Shown here piece by piece: positions 1 to 13,888 of a DNA stretch of 64,000 nucleotides; the first letter of the stretch is position 1; every line of letters begins with the position of its first letter. The translations under genes were made by a program, and so were the position numbers. The stretch comes from Nymphaea colorata (taxonomy: Eukaryota). Below the pieces are notes generated by a model. That model did not search any database and was not told the origin of the DNA. It saw only the letters and a list, made by a program, of their open reading frames with translations. Where the stretch lies: contig NC_045138.2 in the NCBI RefSeq assembly GCF_008831285.2, forward strand, positions 8,184,001 to 8,248,000. Direction: 5' to 3'.

Positions 1-1135
1 AAAATGAAATATCATCTCATCTTCTCATGCTCTTGGTGCACTCAAGAATAATTTTTTGACTCTGAAAATAAGATTTTAGATCTATCTTATATGGCCATTG
101 AGAGATAAAAAAAAAGAGAAAACAAGGGAAGAAAAATAAAACTATATTCAAGAAAAAAGAGAAAACAATGAAAGGAATGAAATGGGATGTTGATTACATA
201 CCTTGAATGAAAATAATTTTTGGAAAAAAAAAAGAACCTTGCTGGAATGATCCTAGATCCCCTTGAGTAGAACAATAAGATGATGAAGAGGATGCCTCCA
301 AGAGATCTCTTTGTGCTCCCTTGAATGTCTCCTCATGGCCATATAAGATAGCTCTAAAATCTCCTGTTCGGAGTCAAGAAGCTATTCTTGAGTGCATCAG
401 GAGCATGAAAAGGTCAGATGATATTTCATTTTATGATTGCATCATGTTCTATTTCTTGAATATAGCTTTGTATTGGTTCTCTTATTTCCTCTCTTCTTCA
501 TCTCCCCATGGCCATATGAGATAGCTCTTAAATCTCTATTTTAGAGTCAAGAATCTATGCTCGAGTGCACCAGGAGCATGAGAAAATGAAATGATATTGC
601 ATTCTATGATTGAACAAGTTCTCTTTATCACTTAAATGTTGCTTTATTTTAGAGATATTGTTCATGCATAGTTGCTTTATTTTTCTATTCATATATGTGA
701 ATGTAATGCAAAAATGAGAGTGTGGTTTGGGACTCTTTATTCTTATGTTAATTTTTGAGGTTAGGGCTTATCCAACCCAAGGGAAACCCTCACAAATATG
801 TACATGTTAATATACATTTTCATGTCATTTTGCATTAGTTTCCTTCTAATCTTCCAGTTAAGAAACCTAATGAGCGCCTTATCATGTGGTTTGATTTTCT
901 TCCATACCAAACGGTGGAAGAAACATATTTCCTTGTAACAAATGAAATAACTATGTTTTATGTTCACATATAAAAATGTTTGAAATCATGTTTTCCAAAA
1001 TATTTTCAAAAGAACCATTTCTAATGTGGCTTTAGAGACTTAGCTTAGGCTCTTGCATGAGTCCAAACTTCCTCTCCGGCCTACATCAAACTTAAAATCG
1101 GATGTTTTAAGTTACTTTTAATCTCATGAAGACAC

Positions 1136-1172
<37 letters not shown>

Positions 1173-1325
1173 CACATGATGATCTCCTTCATTCTTCTCT
1201 TTGTGTGTTTCTATATTCTATTTTACAAATTTCACATATATATGAATAGATATATACATGTGTTCTATTTTCTCGCTCTAGAATCTTGACATAACACTTA
1301 AAGTTAAATGTCTTCTCCTACATTT

Positions 1326-1402
<77 letters not shown>

Positions 1403-2515
1403 CTCTATATCTTTTCCTTAAAATCTCACCTTCTCTTCCAATCAATACCCTCTTTTTGTAAACTTTCATATACGTTTATGTGTGACAATATATACATGTA
1501 TATGTGCATTTCTTTCTTTCTCTCTTTCTTCTAAGAACTTGTTTTTCCTCTCTATTTAAATTAAGATTATATCTTCAAAAGATTAGCATATATACATATA
1601 TGTATGTAAGTATGCACATACATATGAAGATACTTATCTTTCTCTCTTTCAAAATCTTTCATTTGGTGATCTTTGAAATCTCCTTCTCTCTCTCTTTCTT
1701 TCTAAGGAAGTATCTCATCTTTTTCATTCTTTTGAACATATTTTTCTTTCAAGATCATTTTCATTTACGACTTCACCAATACCAAAACTCAAGTAATGAC
1801 CCAATATTGGATCCATGCTTGATGGTCTACAACTCCAATCCATTTTTAAAAACTTTTTCTTCTTATATATGATCATTATGAAAACAAAAATCTTAGATGT
1901 ATGTTATGGTAAGAATGTTTTTAGATGAATACTATGGTAGAAATATTTCTAGATGAATGTTGTTGTAAGAATGAATTATTTTCTTCTAATCATATATGAG
2001 GAATGCATTTATGTATTCTCACTCACTTAATATCACTTATGTTCACAAGCACATCTCTAAAGAACTTAAGCAAGATGACATGGAGCTCTAACATAGTAAC
2101 CGAAATAGAGTAAAATCTCAAACCTACTTAACGTTTTAAGAGAATACTAAAATGACTTCAAATTGATTTCTTAAGATTTTTGAATAATATTTATAAAGAT
2201 TTCTCAATTCTAGTTTTTTCCAAAATGTTTACATTCTCAAGTAATTCTTCAAGAACCTTTTCAAAAATTTGAAACATCTAACTTTTAATATTTTTTTCTC
2301 AAACAGTACACTGCATATAGAATAAAGAGATATTTAAATCAAAATAAAATGCATCAATAATAAACGTAGCCCTTGGATTGATTACCCCCTGGTAAAGGCA
2401 CCGGGAATGGTCGATCCTCGTACCGACGGGCGAGTCTCTTTCTCTCTCATTTTCAAAACAAAACTCATTTTTCTGAGAGCATTCTAAAAACAACCAATTT
2501 TTGGGAATGCAAACA
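1..2515 (+). mobile_element. Large Ty3/gypsy-type LTR, copy 1 (truncated by the window start, first ~320 bp inverted)
   Basis: Colinear similarity to 49800-51914. Shared blocks include GAGAGTGTGGTTTGGG, GAAACCCTCACAAATATGTACATGTTAATAT, GGCTCTTGCATGAGTCCAA and GGTAAAGGC.CCGGGAA.GGTCGA, with the same terminus ...TTTTGGG(A/G)ATGCAAACA at 2515. The superfamily is inferred from size and terminus only. Confidence 0.75.
1329..1399. repeat. (TA)n microsatellite
   Basis: Pure TA run. Confidence 0.95.
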
Positions 2516-5061
2516 TGTAGGCACCACTATTGTTTTCTCTTGTAATTTGTATAGAATGCTACTGACAAAAGCTATTAGTAGTGCTAGACTTTCTAGCATT
2601 AATGAAGCACAAATGTGGCATGAGTGATTTTTTTGGTCAAATTATGGTGTTGGATTCCCTAGTGCCAATAATGCCCTTTTCAATTCTTTTCCATGCTTTT
2701 TTATTTTTCCCTACTTATTTTTCATTTACAGTCAAATTAGATATAATTTTTGCCCCCACAATAGCTTTGCATTTCACCCAATAATATAGTAAGTATATTG
2801 TAAATGTGAAAACCTACAAAAGAACTTCAAGCTATAGAAAAATTTAAAAGGTTACCAAAAAATCATCATTAACAAGTATACAACAACCACTATCACCCTG
2901 ATCATCTCAACATTGTGATGTGTTGTCCTCACATTTGTGGGATGGACTTGTGCAGGGGCTGTTTTACAATTGTTAAGAACACCAATTGTAGTTCCATGAA
3001 TACCTACCTTGTATACTCAATTCAATCTGATCTTTGGGCTCTTCACATGAAAAATGGTGAGCTCTCTTACATCCATCAGCTGAAGAAAGTAAATGTTGAC
3101 CCATTAACCTGATTTGAAAACAAAAAACAAATGGCACAACTTTTAGAAGCATTGAAATTGGCAATACCTAGTTAAACATTGGCAATCATTTAAATCGGCA
3201 ATATGTTATTCAAATGTAATGAAACATCATTAGGTAAAGCCTAATATCTTGGGTAACTGAAAAGTAATTCATATGCATACCAAACTAACACCAAAATAAA
3301 AGGAAATAATAAGATCACAACATGACTACCGATCAACATATGAAGAAGGATTTATTTGTTAAACTAGCATGCACTCCGCATCCAACGGTCCAAAGACTCT
3401 TATAGATCCTAAAACATTCTCTATCAGACTCTTGGTGTTTGCAAGAATGTACAAGGTGGGTGGACATCGAGATAGAGGAGGGCTACCAACCTGCTTATTC
3501 CCCTTTCTACTCGCACCCAACAGAAGCTTGTTTGGTGAGAGGGCATCCACCATTGGTGCCTACATCACCTTTAGAGAATAAAGGAAAAACAGAGAGAGGA
3601 GGAGGGCTACTGAACCCTCCCAGTTTGGAAAATAAGGGAGAGGAGACCATCATTGGCACCAAATCAGCAGCAACGCATCACAAAGACCACCCCATTGTTC
3701 ACTATCCCCTTCAATCTCTTATCATAATCAGAAATTTCTAAGAGAATAGGGTAGAAAGCCCATGAAAGGGAAAAAAGGAATTTACCGAGTAGGCTGAAGT
3801 CAAGCCTTTCTTGATCAGGCCCAGGTGCTTCCATCACACTCTCTGGCAATCAAAATGCAAAATTTCTATTCAGGCCGTGGGTATTTTCCACATATGGTAA
3901 GCTAGAGGAGATGGAATAGAAAGAGTAGGAAGGGCAGGGGAATTCAAAAAGTGTGCAGTTTGAGAAAAGCAAGAGGTCGTAAACGGTCAGGGGATGATGT
4001 GTGGCCACACAATTAGGCCTTATACCGGTGAATAATACTCACAGGCATATAATGCTTTTGGTCATCACTACATTGGCTTTCATCAATTATTTTGCATGAT
4101 ATCATTTTCCTGCCTGACAAAACATCTATACCAACGATATCTTTCACTGCAATAGTTTTTTGTTGTGCAACCATATATACTAGTGTTATCTTTCATTGAT
4201 ATAGATTCTATGGGCCTTCTCCTATAGTAGAACATGCATTTCTTGTAGTATCTTGATACAAAGACCTACTTACTATCTCTTAGAACCATCTGCATTTGTC
4301 TACATATTGCTGACAATGACATCTATCAATGACAAATAGTCATCATCATTTCATGATTTTTCCTCTTAGATATGTTAGTGTTTTTAATGTTTTATACTAG
4401 AGATGCTTGAGATGATGTGGATGTGATGTTTGGGTATGAATCAGAATGTTAGCATTTCATATGCATCTATGCATAAATGATTTCCTTGCATAAAATTTCA
4501 TTAGGAAGTGTTACCAATGGAACAATTTATGATAAGGGTAGATTTGTTAACCTCATCTATAAACATACTATTGCATGTTTCTTGATTATCATAAAAATTC
4601 AACAAAATCTTCATAATGCCATTCATTTTTAATGTTCTTGTACCTTTTCCTATTTTGGTGTTTTTGCAATTTTTTGCGTAGTCATAATAATCATACATTA
4701 TTTCATAGACCAACCCACACATTTGAGACTCACGTTGTTATACATTCTATTAAAGTCCCAACCAAATCTACCTTCATCCAAAATTTCTTTTCAGATTGTT
4801 AGACTTCACTTCAATTTACTTTTGATTTTTTCTCTTACAATGTTAGACATTATTTTTTTATTCATTTTCTTTTGAATAATTGGATAAGTTCTCCCCTAAT
4901 ATCATAGAAAGCATTCACATTTACTCCCATGAAAGTGAATAAATAGTAAATTAGTCATCATTTCAGAGCAGATTATCACCCTTAAAACCATAGGGTTTTC
5001 CATATCTTTCGTGCCGATGTGGATAAAGTACATAATGCATCACACATATGCAATGCAAATG

Positions 5062-5175
<114 letters not shown>

Positions 5176-5299
5176 TCAATGCAGTTATGGACAAAAACCT
5201 ACTGGAAGCATTATGTGCCAAGTCATCATAGATTGCACATTTATCAAAAATTAAGAATGCAATGTTGAACATTTGTATTGCTTACTAACATATAGAAAA

Positions 5300-8200
5300 A
5301 CATAGCTCATGAGTTTAAAAGACAAACAAACACCACTTCCAATGAAAAAACACTTTTATTGTCATTGAGCTTACTGAACAGAAGTTCAAAAAGATAAGGT
5401 CAAGCCCAACATTGACACAAGTTGTGAGACCATCCTACAATAGAATTGTTGACCTAAGAAGAATCTAACCATAAGTTATCCACTTCCATCTTAGAAGCAC
5501 TTTTTCTCAATTTGTGATTGTTGTCATGGTCATGCATAACATAGAATAGAGTTCTAGGAAATAATAGTTTTTGCTTTTAGAAAGCACTTCTATAGATAGT
5601 TTTATAAGTGAACTTTGTTGACCAAATTGAGGATATCTCCTTCTTCTGGAGTAATTTTTTCAATATAAAACCTTTCTTTGGTCTTGAACTACTTGGAAAC
5701 TTTGTACCAATATCTCCTTCAATGACTTTCTTTTATATGTCATTTGTAGATGCACTTTAGTCCAATGTCCTTTGTATCTTATTTCTAGCTTCCTCAAACT
5801 CCATGCCAAAGATGAATCACAAAATCCATTTTATAACTAAAAAAAAATCATAAGTTTTCAAACTGAAATGCCTACAAGTTAAAGGAGCTAAAGCATACAA
5901 GTTGCTTATCCTTGGAATAATTTGGATTTCCCACCACCCATTGTATATAAGCTTATATTTGCATCAAATAATTGGGAATGCACTTCTAAAAACTAGGTAT
6001 GGAGGTATTATATATCTTCCTTTTTTTTTTATCTTGGTTCAAGGTCATTGACTCAGCTACTACATCCAGTAACTCATGAGATGCCTCATAATTTTATGAA
6101 AAATTAGAAACCAAAATCCACTTATAGGCATTGGAGGCATACCTAAACGTAACGATATAAATGACCTAAATATGAAATGCTAAAGATAAATAAAATCAAA
6201 TAGAAGTTGTAGAATATCTTGATGTGCATGTGGGAAAATTACTTCAATAGTGATAGCAAGTAAAAGGGATAACAACAATCAATAATTAAAGAATAATTTT
6301 GTTGGAAGGTAGCAGTTTCTCTGTCCTACACTTTATGTTGTCATATATATATATATTTTTTCCTTAAGAGAAGATATTTTAATGTCCTACAAATTGGACA
6401 TAAAATGGTTTTTTTTTTTGTATTCTCCTACTCTAGAGTGCATGCTTGTTATTTTCTTGTCCATGTCAAGTAAGATTGAATATATACAAGTTGCTTAGGA
6501 ATTAAATTAAGATTTCTAATTTCAATTTCCTGCCAATTGAACTCTGAAGTTTCCAACATCAGTCTAGCATAAAAAAAAAAGATGAAGAAATGTTAGCATT
6601 CACTATTTCTGCCTTCATAAGGCATCTTACATTTCTATGATCTATAGGATACTTTTAAAGCATAGATAGGTCAGGACCTAGCTAGGTCTGTATACCAGGT
6701 CTGCATAAAAGAACATAATAGGGATCTATGCAAATAAAACTGCAACACAAATAAAGACTTCACATACTATTGAAGAATCAACACATATAATAAGCATAAT
6801 TTTACATATAAAATGGAAACTATTTATGAGAAATCCCATAAACTATTTTTGACAATGATTAATAACCTGGTAAGAGCCATTTAATTTCTATACTCACTTC
6901 ATTATAACTTTCATCTAACAACCAAACCTATTATAATAAACAAATGACACTAAAAGTGATTGATGCTCATTAACATAAAAATGTAAGACTATCATTTAAA
7001 TTATATGTTTTCTCAACCAATTGTGACTTGAAGCTCATACATAGGAAAAGGTCATACCATATTGTTCTCTTAATCTATTATGGTGAAGCCAACAACTAAA
7101 ATGACTTGTACATGTTAAAATAGTTGTAAATTTGTAAGATGTTGAAGTGATTTCCTTAGCTATAAAACAAAGCAATTGATTTAGAACTAATATCATACAT
7201 TAGTCATATATGATGTTCTCAATTATGTAGTTGCCTAGTCATTTATTTTTATGCTAACATAATTATTTCTATGTAGATTATTCAAGTTTGTTTTCATACT
7301 ATCTAAGTATAAAAAATGAAATGATTGTACATATGAGCAAAGAAGCCCTCAATAATAGAACTTTTTGTAGGATTTTTAGTTCACATGTAAGATGTGAGAT
7401 TTTAATCTAAAAGGATATGTATCAACAAAAAAAATGACTACAAATAGTACCAGCAATAATATTAATTAATAACAAATATTATAAAATCCTAATAACCTCC
7501 AATAAAATACACTCATAAATAATGTACAAAATCTACTAATATTGCTTCTCTTCCAAGTGAATAGGTAAATATACTATAATGTGAAGGTCAATTGAATTTT
7601 TTTTATGGCACAATATAATAATGATTTGTTGTTCTAGTTTAATTAAATCATTTTCATGAAAAACTCTTGTATACAACTATTTGAAGAAACTACGTGACTA
7701 TAATTAAAGAAATTAATGTATTAACCTATGACAATCATGACGTTTAAGAAGTTTATATTTTTTATGAACATATATAAAAAATTATTCACAGTTTGACTAT
7801 ATAAACTTTCATATTTTTGAGTACTCGACAAAAGATATCATTATTTAATAAAAATTTTAAAAACATGCTAAAGACAAATGAACTCTGTCGAAGCATTCAA
7901 TCGGTATTAGGTGGAGTGAATGTCTTACAAACATATCATGCAAACCAAGTGGAACAATACTATATCTTTCAATTTTCCTGTTATATTCAAGAACATCTTA
8001 ATTAGGTTGTCAAACTCATTTTTTTCTAAGTGCTTAACATTCAAGGTCTTGTGTAATATGTTATTTCATCAATAAGGTAATTGATGGAATACACTTTTTT
8101 CTCCAATCTTACGATAAGTATTGAGTAAGAATTTGCTCAAATTTAATATTGATATTTTGAACTTCAGATAATGTTAAACAAATATAGGGTAAACTTAATT

Positions 8201-10900
8201 CAATAGTTCTATGAACACAACATGCACATCATTGATATCTATGGTTTAGTGATGACCACATATAGTGTGCCTAACACTATTTATTAGAACCAGACAAGAT
8301 ATAATGGCATCTATCCTTGTGGAATGGATAAACCAATCGATCTTTATTGTTTGACCATGACAAATTTGTACATTTAAAAAAAAACCATTAATTATCCACA
8401 ATCTCAGTACATGTAGTTGAAATTTTATATGTTATGATATATCTTATACCTTCAATTCAGCCTTTTGTAATTTTTTCTCTTTTATAAGTATATGCATGGA
8501 CAAATCAACATCTTATCCTTTATACTAGAAGCAAGCAGTAAAAATATGAAGTAAAATTGTTTCATATATATCCGATAAGACAATTTGCGTCGAAATTAGC
8601 ACAAATGATAATCTTCCATAAATTTTACATGTTTCTGTACAGGGATAAAAAACATTGCTTGCTAAATATATCATGAACATTAGAGGCAAAACAAACATTT
8701 GGTTCATTAAAAGTTTTTCATGCTAATGTTATTGTTTATGCATATTTTATCGTGTCATTTCATGTAAGATGGTGGGCAAAATAAAACAAAAAGCCCCTAG
8801 AGTCTTGATATTAAAGGAAAATGACACAACACATTAGTAGGAAGATTGTCAACTTTCATTTTTGTTTGTGACTTGACTAACTAATCCATTTATTACTTTC
8901 TATGTTGATGCACTTCAAAAATAATGTGCTCCTTTAACTTCATATATTCTCAATACAATATACAATGTCTTAACATGCATTAATTTTCACGTAAATAAGG
9001 CCCATGTCTCTAGCAACTTTTTTGTCTCAAACTATTTGTAGTTTTCTTTTGAAAATATTACTTTTAGTAGGAATCCTGTCGACTTTCTTTTTTGTTTATG
9101 ACTTGACTAACTAATTCCTTTATTACTTTATATGTTGATGCACTTCAAAAAATAACATGATCCTTTAACTTCATATATTTTCAATACAATATACAATGTC
9201 TTAACATGCATCAATTTTTACATAAACAAGGCCCAAGTCGCTAGTAACTTTTTTGTTTCAAAATATTTGAAGTTTTCTTTTGAAAATATTACTTTTAGTA
9301 ATTTAAGTATATAAAAATAATTTATTTCTCCATTCACCTAAGCCTTTTATGCAAAATAATCAATTCAGGAAGACAGTCTAGTAAACTATATAAAATCTAG
9401 GTATAATTGATCTTACGTTACATCATCTAACATTTTATTAAATGACGTAAATTCCACAATAGAAATATTCACATAATCATGTTATTGTTCCTAACTGAAT
9501 ATTCGAGCACGATTGTTTAAATGTATCATGCAACACTTTGTACACTTATATTCATTTGATTTACGAGTTATAATATCAATATTAGTTGTCGATAAAGTGA
9601 AAGGTTCTGTAAGATAATACATCTATTATAGCCTAACAAATTTTATCACATACTATATGATCAAAGATCATACGTGGAGATCAATACAAAATCTGTTGCA
9701 TATTAGGCAGATATAATGTATCTATTAATTCTTAGACTATTTACCAACACAAGTTTCATGAATTCTTTTGTTCTAATCACGCATCTGTTTGATCAAATAC
9801 AGTAAACATTCCTTACATTATGAAGGCATTTACATATCAAATATTAGATGTTTATGGTCATTATGAAGTCTTCAATAATACTAGACAACAATTACATAAC
9901 ACCTCCCTTTGTTAATCCAACTTTTATTTCCTATTAAATTCAAAAGCTTAAAGAAGTTATCTCCTTTCTCCTTAGCAAAATATTTCAAACTAAATGATTG
10001 ATAGACACATGCTTCTTACATCTAGATCATCATAATGTTCAACAATAATTAGGTGGTGGGACCTTGTTGTTAATAACTTACCTTAATTATACGTACACTT
10101 ATTAAAAGGTTGATGAATGAAAAAAGTTCATTTGTTTAGTAGTTACATATGAACATTATTTTAGTTTTACAACTAGACTAGTTAAATGAATTGAACAAAG
10201 AGAGTAATTTGCAGTCATAATGGGCTTTAGTATACGACAATCTACATACATTAGATAGATCCTCATACCTTAAAAACCATACCTTATTATGTCATTTAAT
10301 ATGCACAAATCCATCAACAGAAAATTAACCTAATTCCACCAAATATGTGTAGTGCAAACCCTCTATTTGATACAACAATTACCATTGATGTTTATCTTTA
10401 CCTCTAGATAATAAAGAATGATTTGAACCTCCAAATACATCCATCTTTGCACAAGAAACCTATCTACAGAGCATTAGCTTGGCAACCTCCTTAATTGTCA
10501 CGAAATTTGGATGGACCATATGATAAACATGCATGTTCTCAAACAACATTCTTACATATATAGGACAAAACAGACCAAACTATTACTTGGCATACCATAC
10601 ACCACAAATAGACCTTTTTATTAAGGAATTTATAAGTGACCTAATGAGACAAACAAGTTTTTTTATATCAACCTCTCCATTGTTTTGGAAACATGCATAA
10701 AAATATTAGTTAATTCCTCCCAAAAGTGTAACACTCTTTTACAACCAAGTGAATAACCATAGGACTTTATGGCCAAGAATCATAAAATAGGGAGCCAAAA
10801 TATTTTTTAGTGTGCAACCATGTGATCAATATCTTGAGTATGATAACATAAGGGCTATATGAATCATTATTTAGATGCGATAAACTTGAATTGGTAGTTT
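5300..10900 (-). mobile_element. Probable highly decayed CACTA (En/Spm) transposase relic
   Basis: AT-rich stretch without ORFs. Broken minus-strand fragments are reminiscent of Tnp2 motifs (D.MHIEKN-like near 10300, KVP..Y near 10055, W-F and QVY-P near 8330-8190). A CACTACAAGAAA-like terminus (TTTCTTGTAGTA) lies nearby at 4239-4250. Boundaries are approximate. Confidence 0.35.
8834..9300. repeat. Diverged direct tandem duplication, ~230-bp unit x2
   Basis: 8834-9063 matches 9064-9300 (TGACTTGACTAACTAAT...GTTGATGCACTTCAAAAA...TTTTGAAAATATTACTTTTAGTA). Confidence 0.9.
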
Positions 10901-11558
10901 ATAATGTATAAAGTCATCTTTCAAAGTCAAAAAATAATTGTATTTCAATTTTGTGATTCTTGAACTATGAGAGAGTACCCATAATGCAGAGCATACAAAA
11001 AGCAAAGGCACTAGGGAATTGGAGCTTATGCCTTTTGTACAGTGTAATTTATTCTGTTATTCCAAATAAATTTTAATAAAAATTGGGGCCCTCTCTGGTA
11101 AGGCTGCATCAAAATAATAATAATAATAATATTAACAACAACAACAATAATGGTGCATCCATTTTATAATAATTATTATTATTTTGGGGTTGAACAAGAT
11201 TAGCTAAGAAACTATTCTGACACCATAATTTTTAATATTTGTGACATCTATTTGGGCTTCTTGTATAAGCATCAAACTAAGCAACCAGAGATGAAATATA
11301 AGCAAATAGAGGTAAGATATGATTAGGTAGTGATTTGACATTTTGAATGCAACATAAGAAATTGGTAATCCATATGAAGTATTAAACCTTTGTCAGCCAC
11401 ATGTTTTGTACCCATGGCAAGTGTGTAGATAGGAGACTTAGCATTTTGAAAATATTCACGAATAGTGCTAGACCATTTCTTCATGGATTATAATTATTCC
11501 TTTAACTATAGAACTTGAGATCGAGATTGGACTGCCTAAGTTTATTTCAAATTGTTGC

Positions 11559-13342
11559 TGTAACGTTATTCTTTTTTAGCAGGATGGATTTGGATCGGGA
11601 TCCAGGTGTCGGCTCGGGTCTGAATCCACTCCAACTCAGTCTGAGTCCACTGGGCGTGAGTGGCTAGGTCCGTCAACTGGGCTCGGTCTGGGTTTGACTG
11701 GACCTAGCTCGGTCAATTCCGTGGGTGGACCCACCTCGGTCCGGGTCGGTTGGCTGTGTCTGGTGGCTGAGCTCGAATACTCTTCTTCGCATCAACGCTG
11801 GTAAGGTCTGGGCTGGGCTCGGTCAACTCTGACTCACTGCATCGGATAACCTCCCTAAGAAAAATAACGACTACGCTGGAAAGGCCTCCTCGCGCGTTAG
11901 CCTGATGCTTATGTGATTAATTTTGTTTAAAAATTTCTATGCAATTGCATGTACATGCTAGATTGATAACTGCTTAGGACAGATGAGGTGGGGTATCGAG
12001 TCGAGTGTCTCTTCGACCCCAATTGTGCATTAGAAAACATCTTAGAATGATAACTGCCTAGGACAACTACGAGCCAATCACGGATCGAGACTACTTTCCA
12101 GGATTTGGTTCAGTTTTGAAAGATGTGTTTGATAAGATGTGAGTTTTTATGAATGTGAATGTTGTGATTTGTTGCATATGTATTGCTGTGGGCAATGATG
12201 CAAATGAATGAATTAGAGGGTAGTTGTTCCCGTATTGTATGAGGGCTAGCTAAGAATGTTAATGATATGTGTGGCCCTCGTGTGGAGGCAATTGGAGGTG
12301 TGGGCGTACTCGTGAAGTGAACCAACCTTATGAGCTAGCCAGTCTTTTTGCCAATGTACTTTCATAATGATAATAATGAAAGAATAAGAGATGAGAGGCC
12401 AGTGGGATGTGGCTATGTGTTTGGGAGTTGTCCCGCCTTCGCCACTGGTCTCGCCTGTTCGGAGCGCAGGTGGTGCAAGACTCCAAGGTACTGTTGTGTG
12501 ATGTGCTTGGAGTGTTGGGCTCCCACCTTCCCAACCTGGGTGTCCTAGGGAAGGCTGAATATCTTTTCTTGGAATTCACACACCCATGGATGAGTGCTCT
12601 ACCGCTGCAGCGGGAATGAATCTATACTATTATGGGCCACCACGGGGGTTGTCTCTCGGTTGTAGGCCGCCCGTGGTGTGCACGTGTCTGTGTTTGCACC
12701 CACAGGAACTGTCAATTCACTAAAGCTAATGAAAATGAAAGTATGTGAATGAAATGAATGAGAATGATATGTTTATGCATGTCTTGCATGTGAATTGAAA
12801 TTGTGTTATCGTGGCCATTGAGTGGCCTTTACATGTCGTGGTCTATGTGAGGGGCCTTCTTGGCAAATGATGTGATTATGCCCCACCACGACATGATGAT
12901 GATTTGCTTTTATTATTGTGATTATCTCATATTTGAGCCCTACCTAAGAGGGTTAGAAGTTTTCCTTCCTTGTTGCCATACTACGAAGGCTAAGCCTTCA
13001 GTTGTTTCCTTTTTGAGGTTTTGGAGGACCAAAGGCAGCAGGTTGACCAGATGGCTTCACTCACATCCTACTGGGAAGGTTTTGAGTCCTTTGTAGTGCC
13101 AGTGCTTCTTTTTCTTTTATTTTATTGATGTCTTGTTTTTGTTATGCATCCATTATGTGGTTTGGGGCTTTTTTGTCATACACAAATGTGATTTTGCATG
13201 AATTGAAATTGTTATATAAATGAAAGTTGCCCCATTGTTTCGACATAACTCCCTCATTTTTGAATTGTTCTGTAGTCGCACCTCAATGCTTTATGTTTAG
13301 AAAAAAAAATTTGTTTGAGGGTCAAAAGGTTGGGGTGTGACA
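11559..13342 (+). mobile_element. Solo LTR (Ty3/gypsy, Tekay/Del-like), 1784 bp
   Basis: Starts TGTAACG and ends GGGGTGTGACA, with a perfect 5-bp target-site duplication GTTGC at 11554-11558 and 13343-13347. No internal coding domain. Confidence 0.85.
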
Positions 13343-13888
13343 GTTGCAGACTTCATAGCAATTTGGGAGTGCAAGGGGTTGAATAAGAAAACTAATGATT
13401 CGGCCCAACAACAGTGGTCATGCCATATACACAAGCATGCTTTCTTAAGATTTACCATCACCTGATTTCTTAAAGCTGGATATGACATTGAGCCATCCAT
13501 TAGCCTATATACATTGTATGCCATGAGAATGGGATTAAATTGAGATTCCCACAATGAACAGTAATTGGACGATGGCTTTACATTGAGAAAATGTTGAAGG
13601 CTGAATAAAAAATATCATATATTTTGAGAACTTATCTGTTGCAAGGAAGATCCTTCCGACAGCATGAAGTTGAAGTCTTCACTCCTAGGAATAGAAGTAA
13701 ACTTAACGATGAGAGATAACAAATAATGACTCTTATATCATATTAAAATGAAAGCAAACAAAAAATAAGAGAGGAGACCACAAGATTAATATGGTTCAAC
13801 AGACTTATGCCTATGCAGCGAAAGGATTTTATATTTACATTCAACCATAGTCACAAGGGAAGGATTTTACTCTTTTTTATTATATGTT

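Noticed and set aside
2571..2583. TAGTAGTG as a CACTA terminus
   Set aside because: The match is short and has no paired end or 3-bp TSD.
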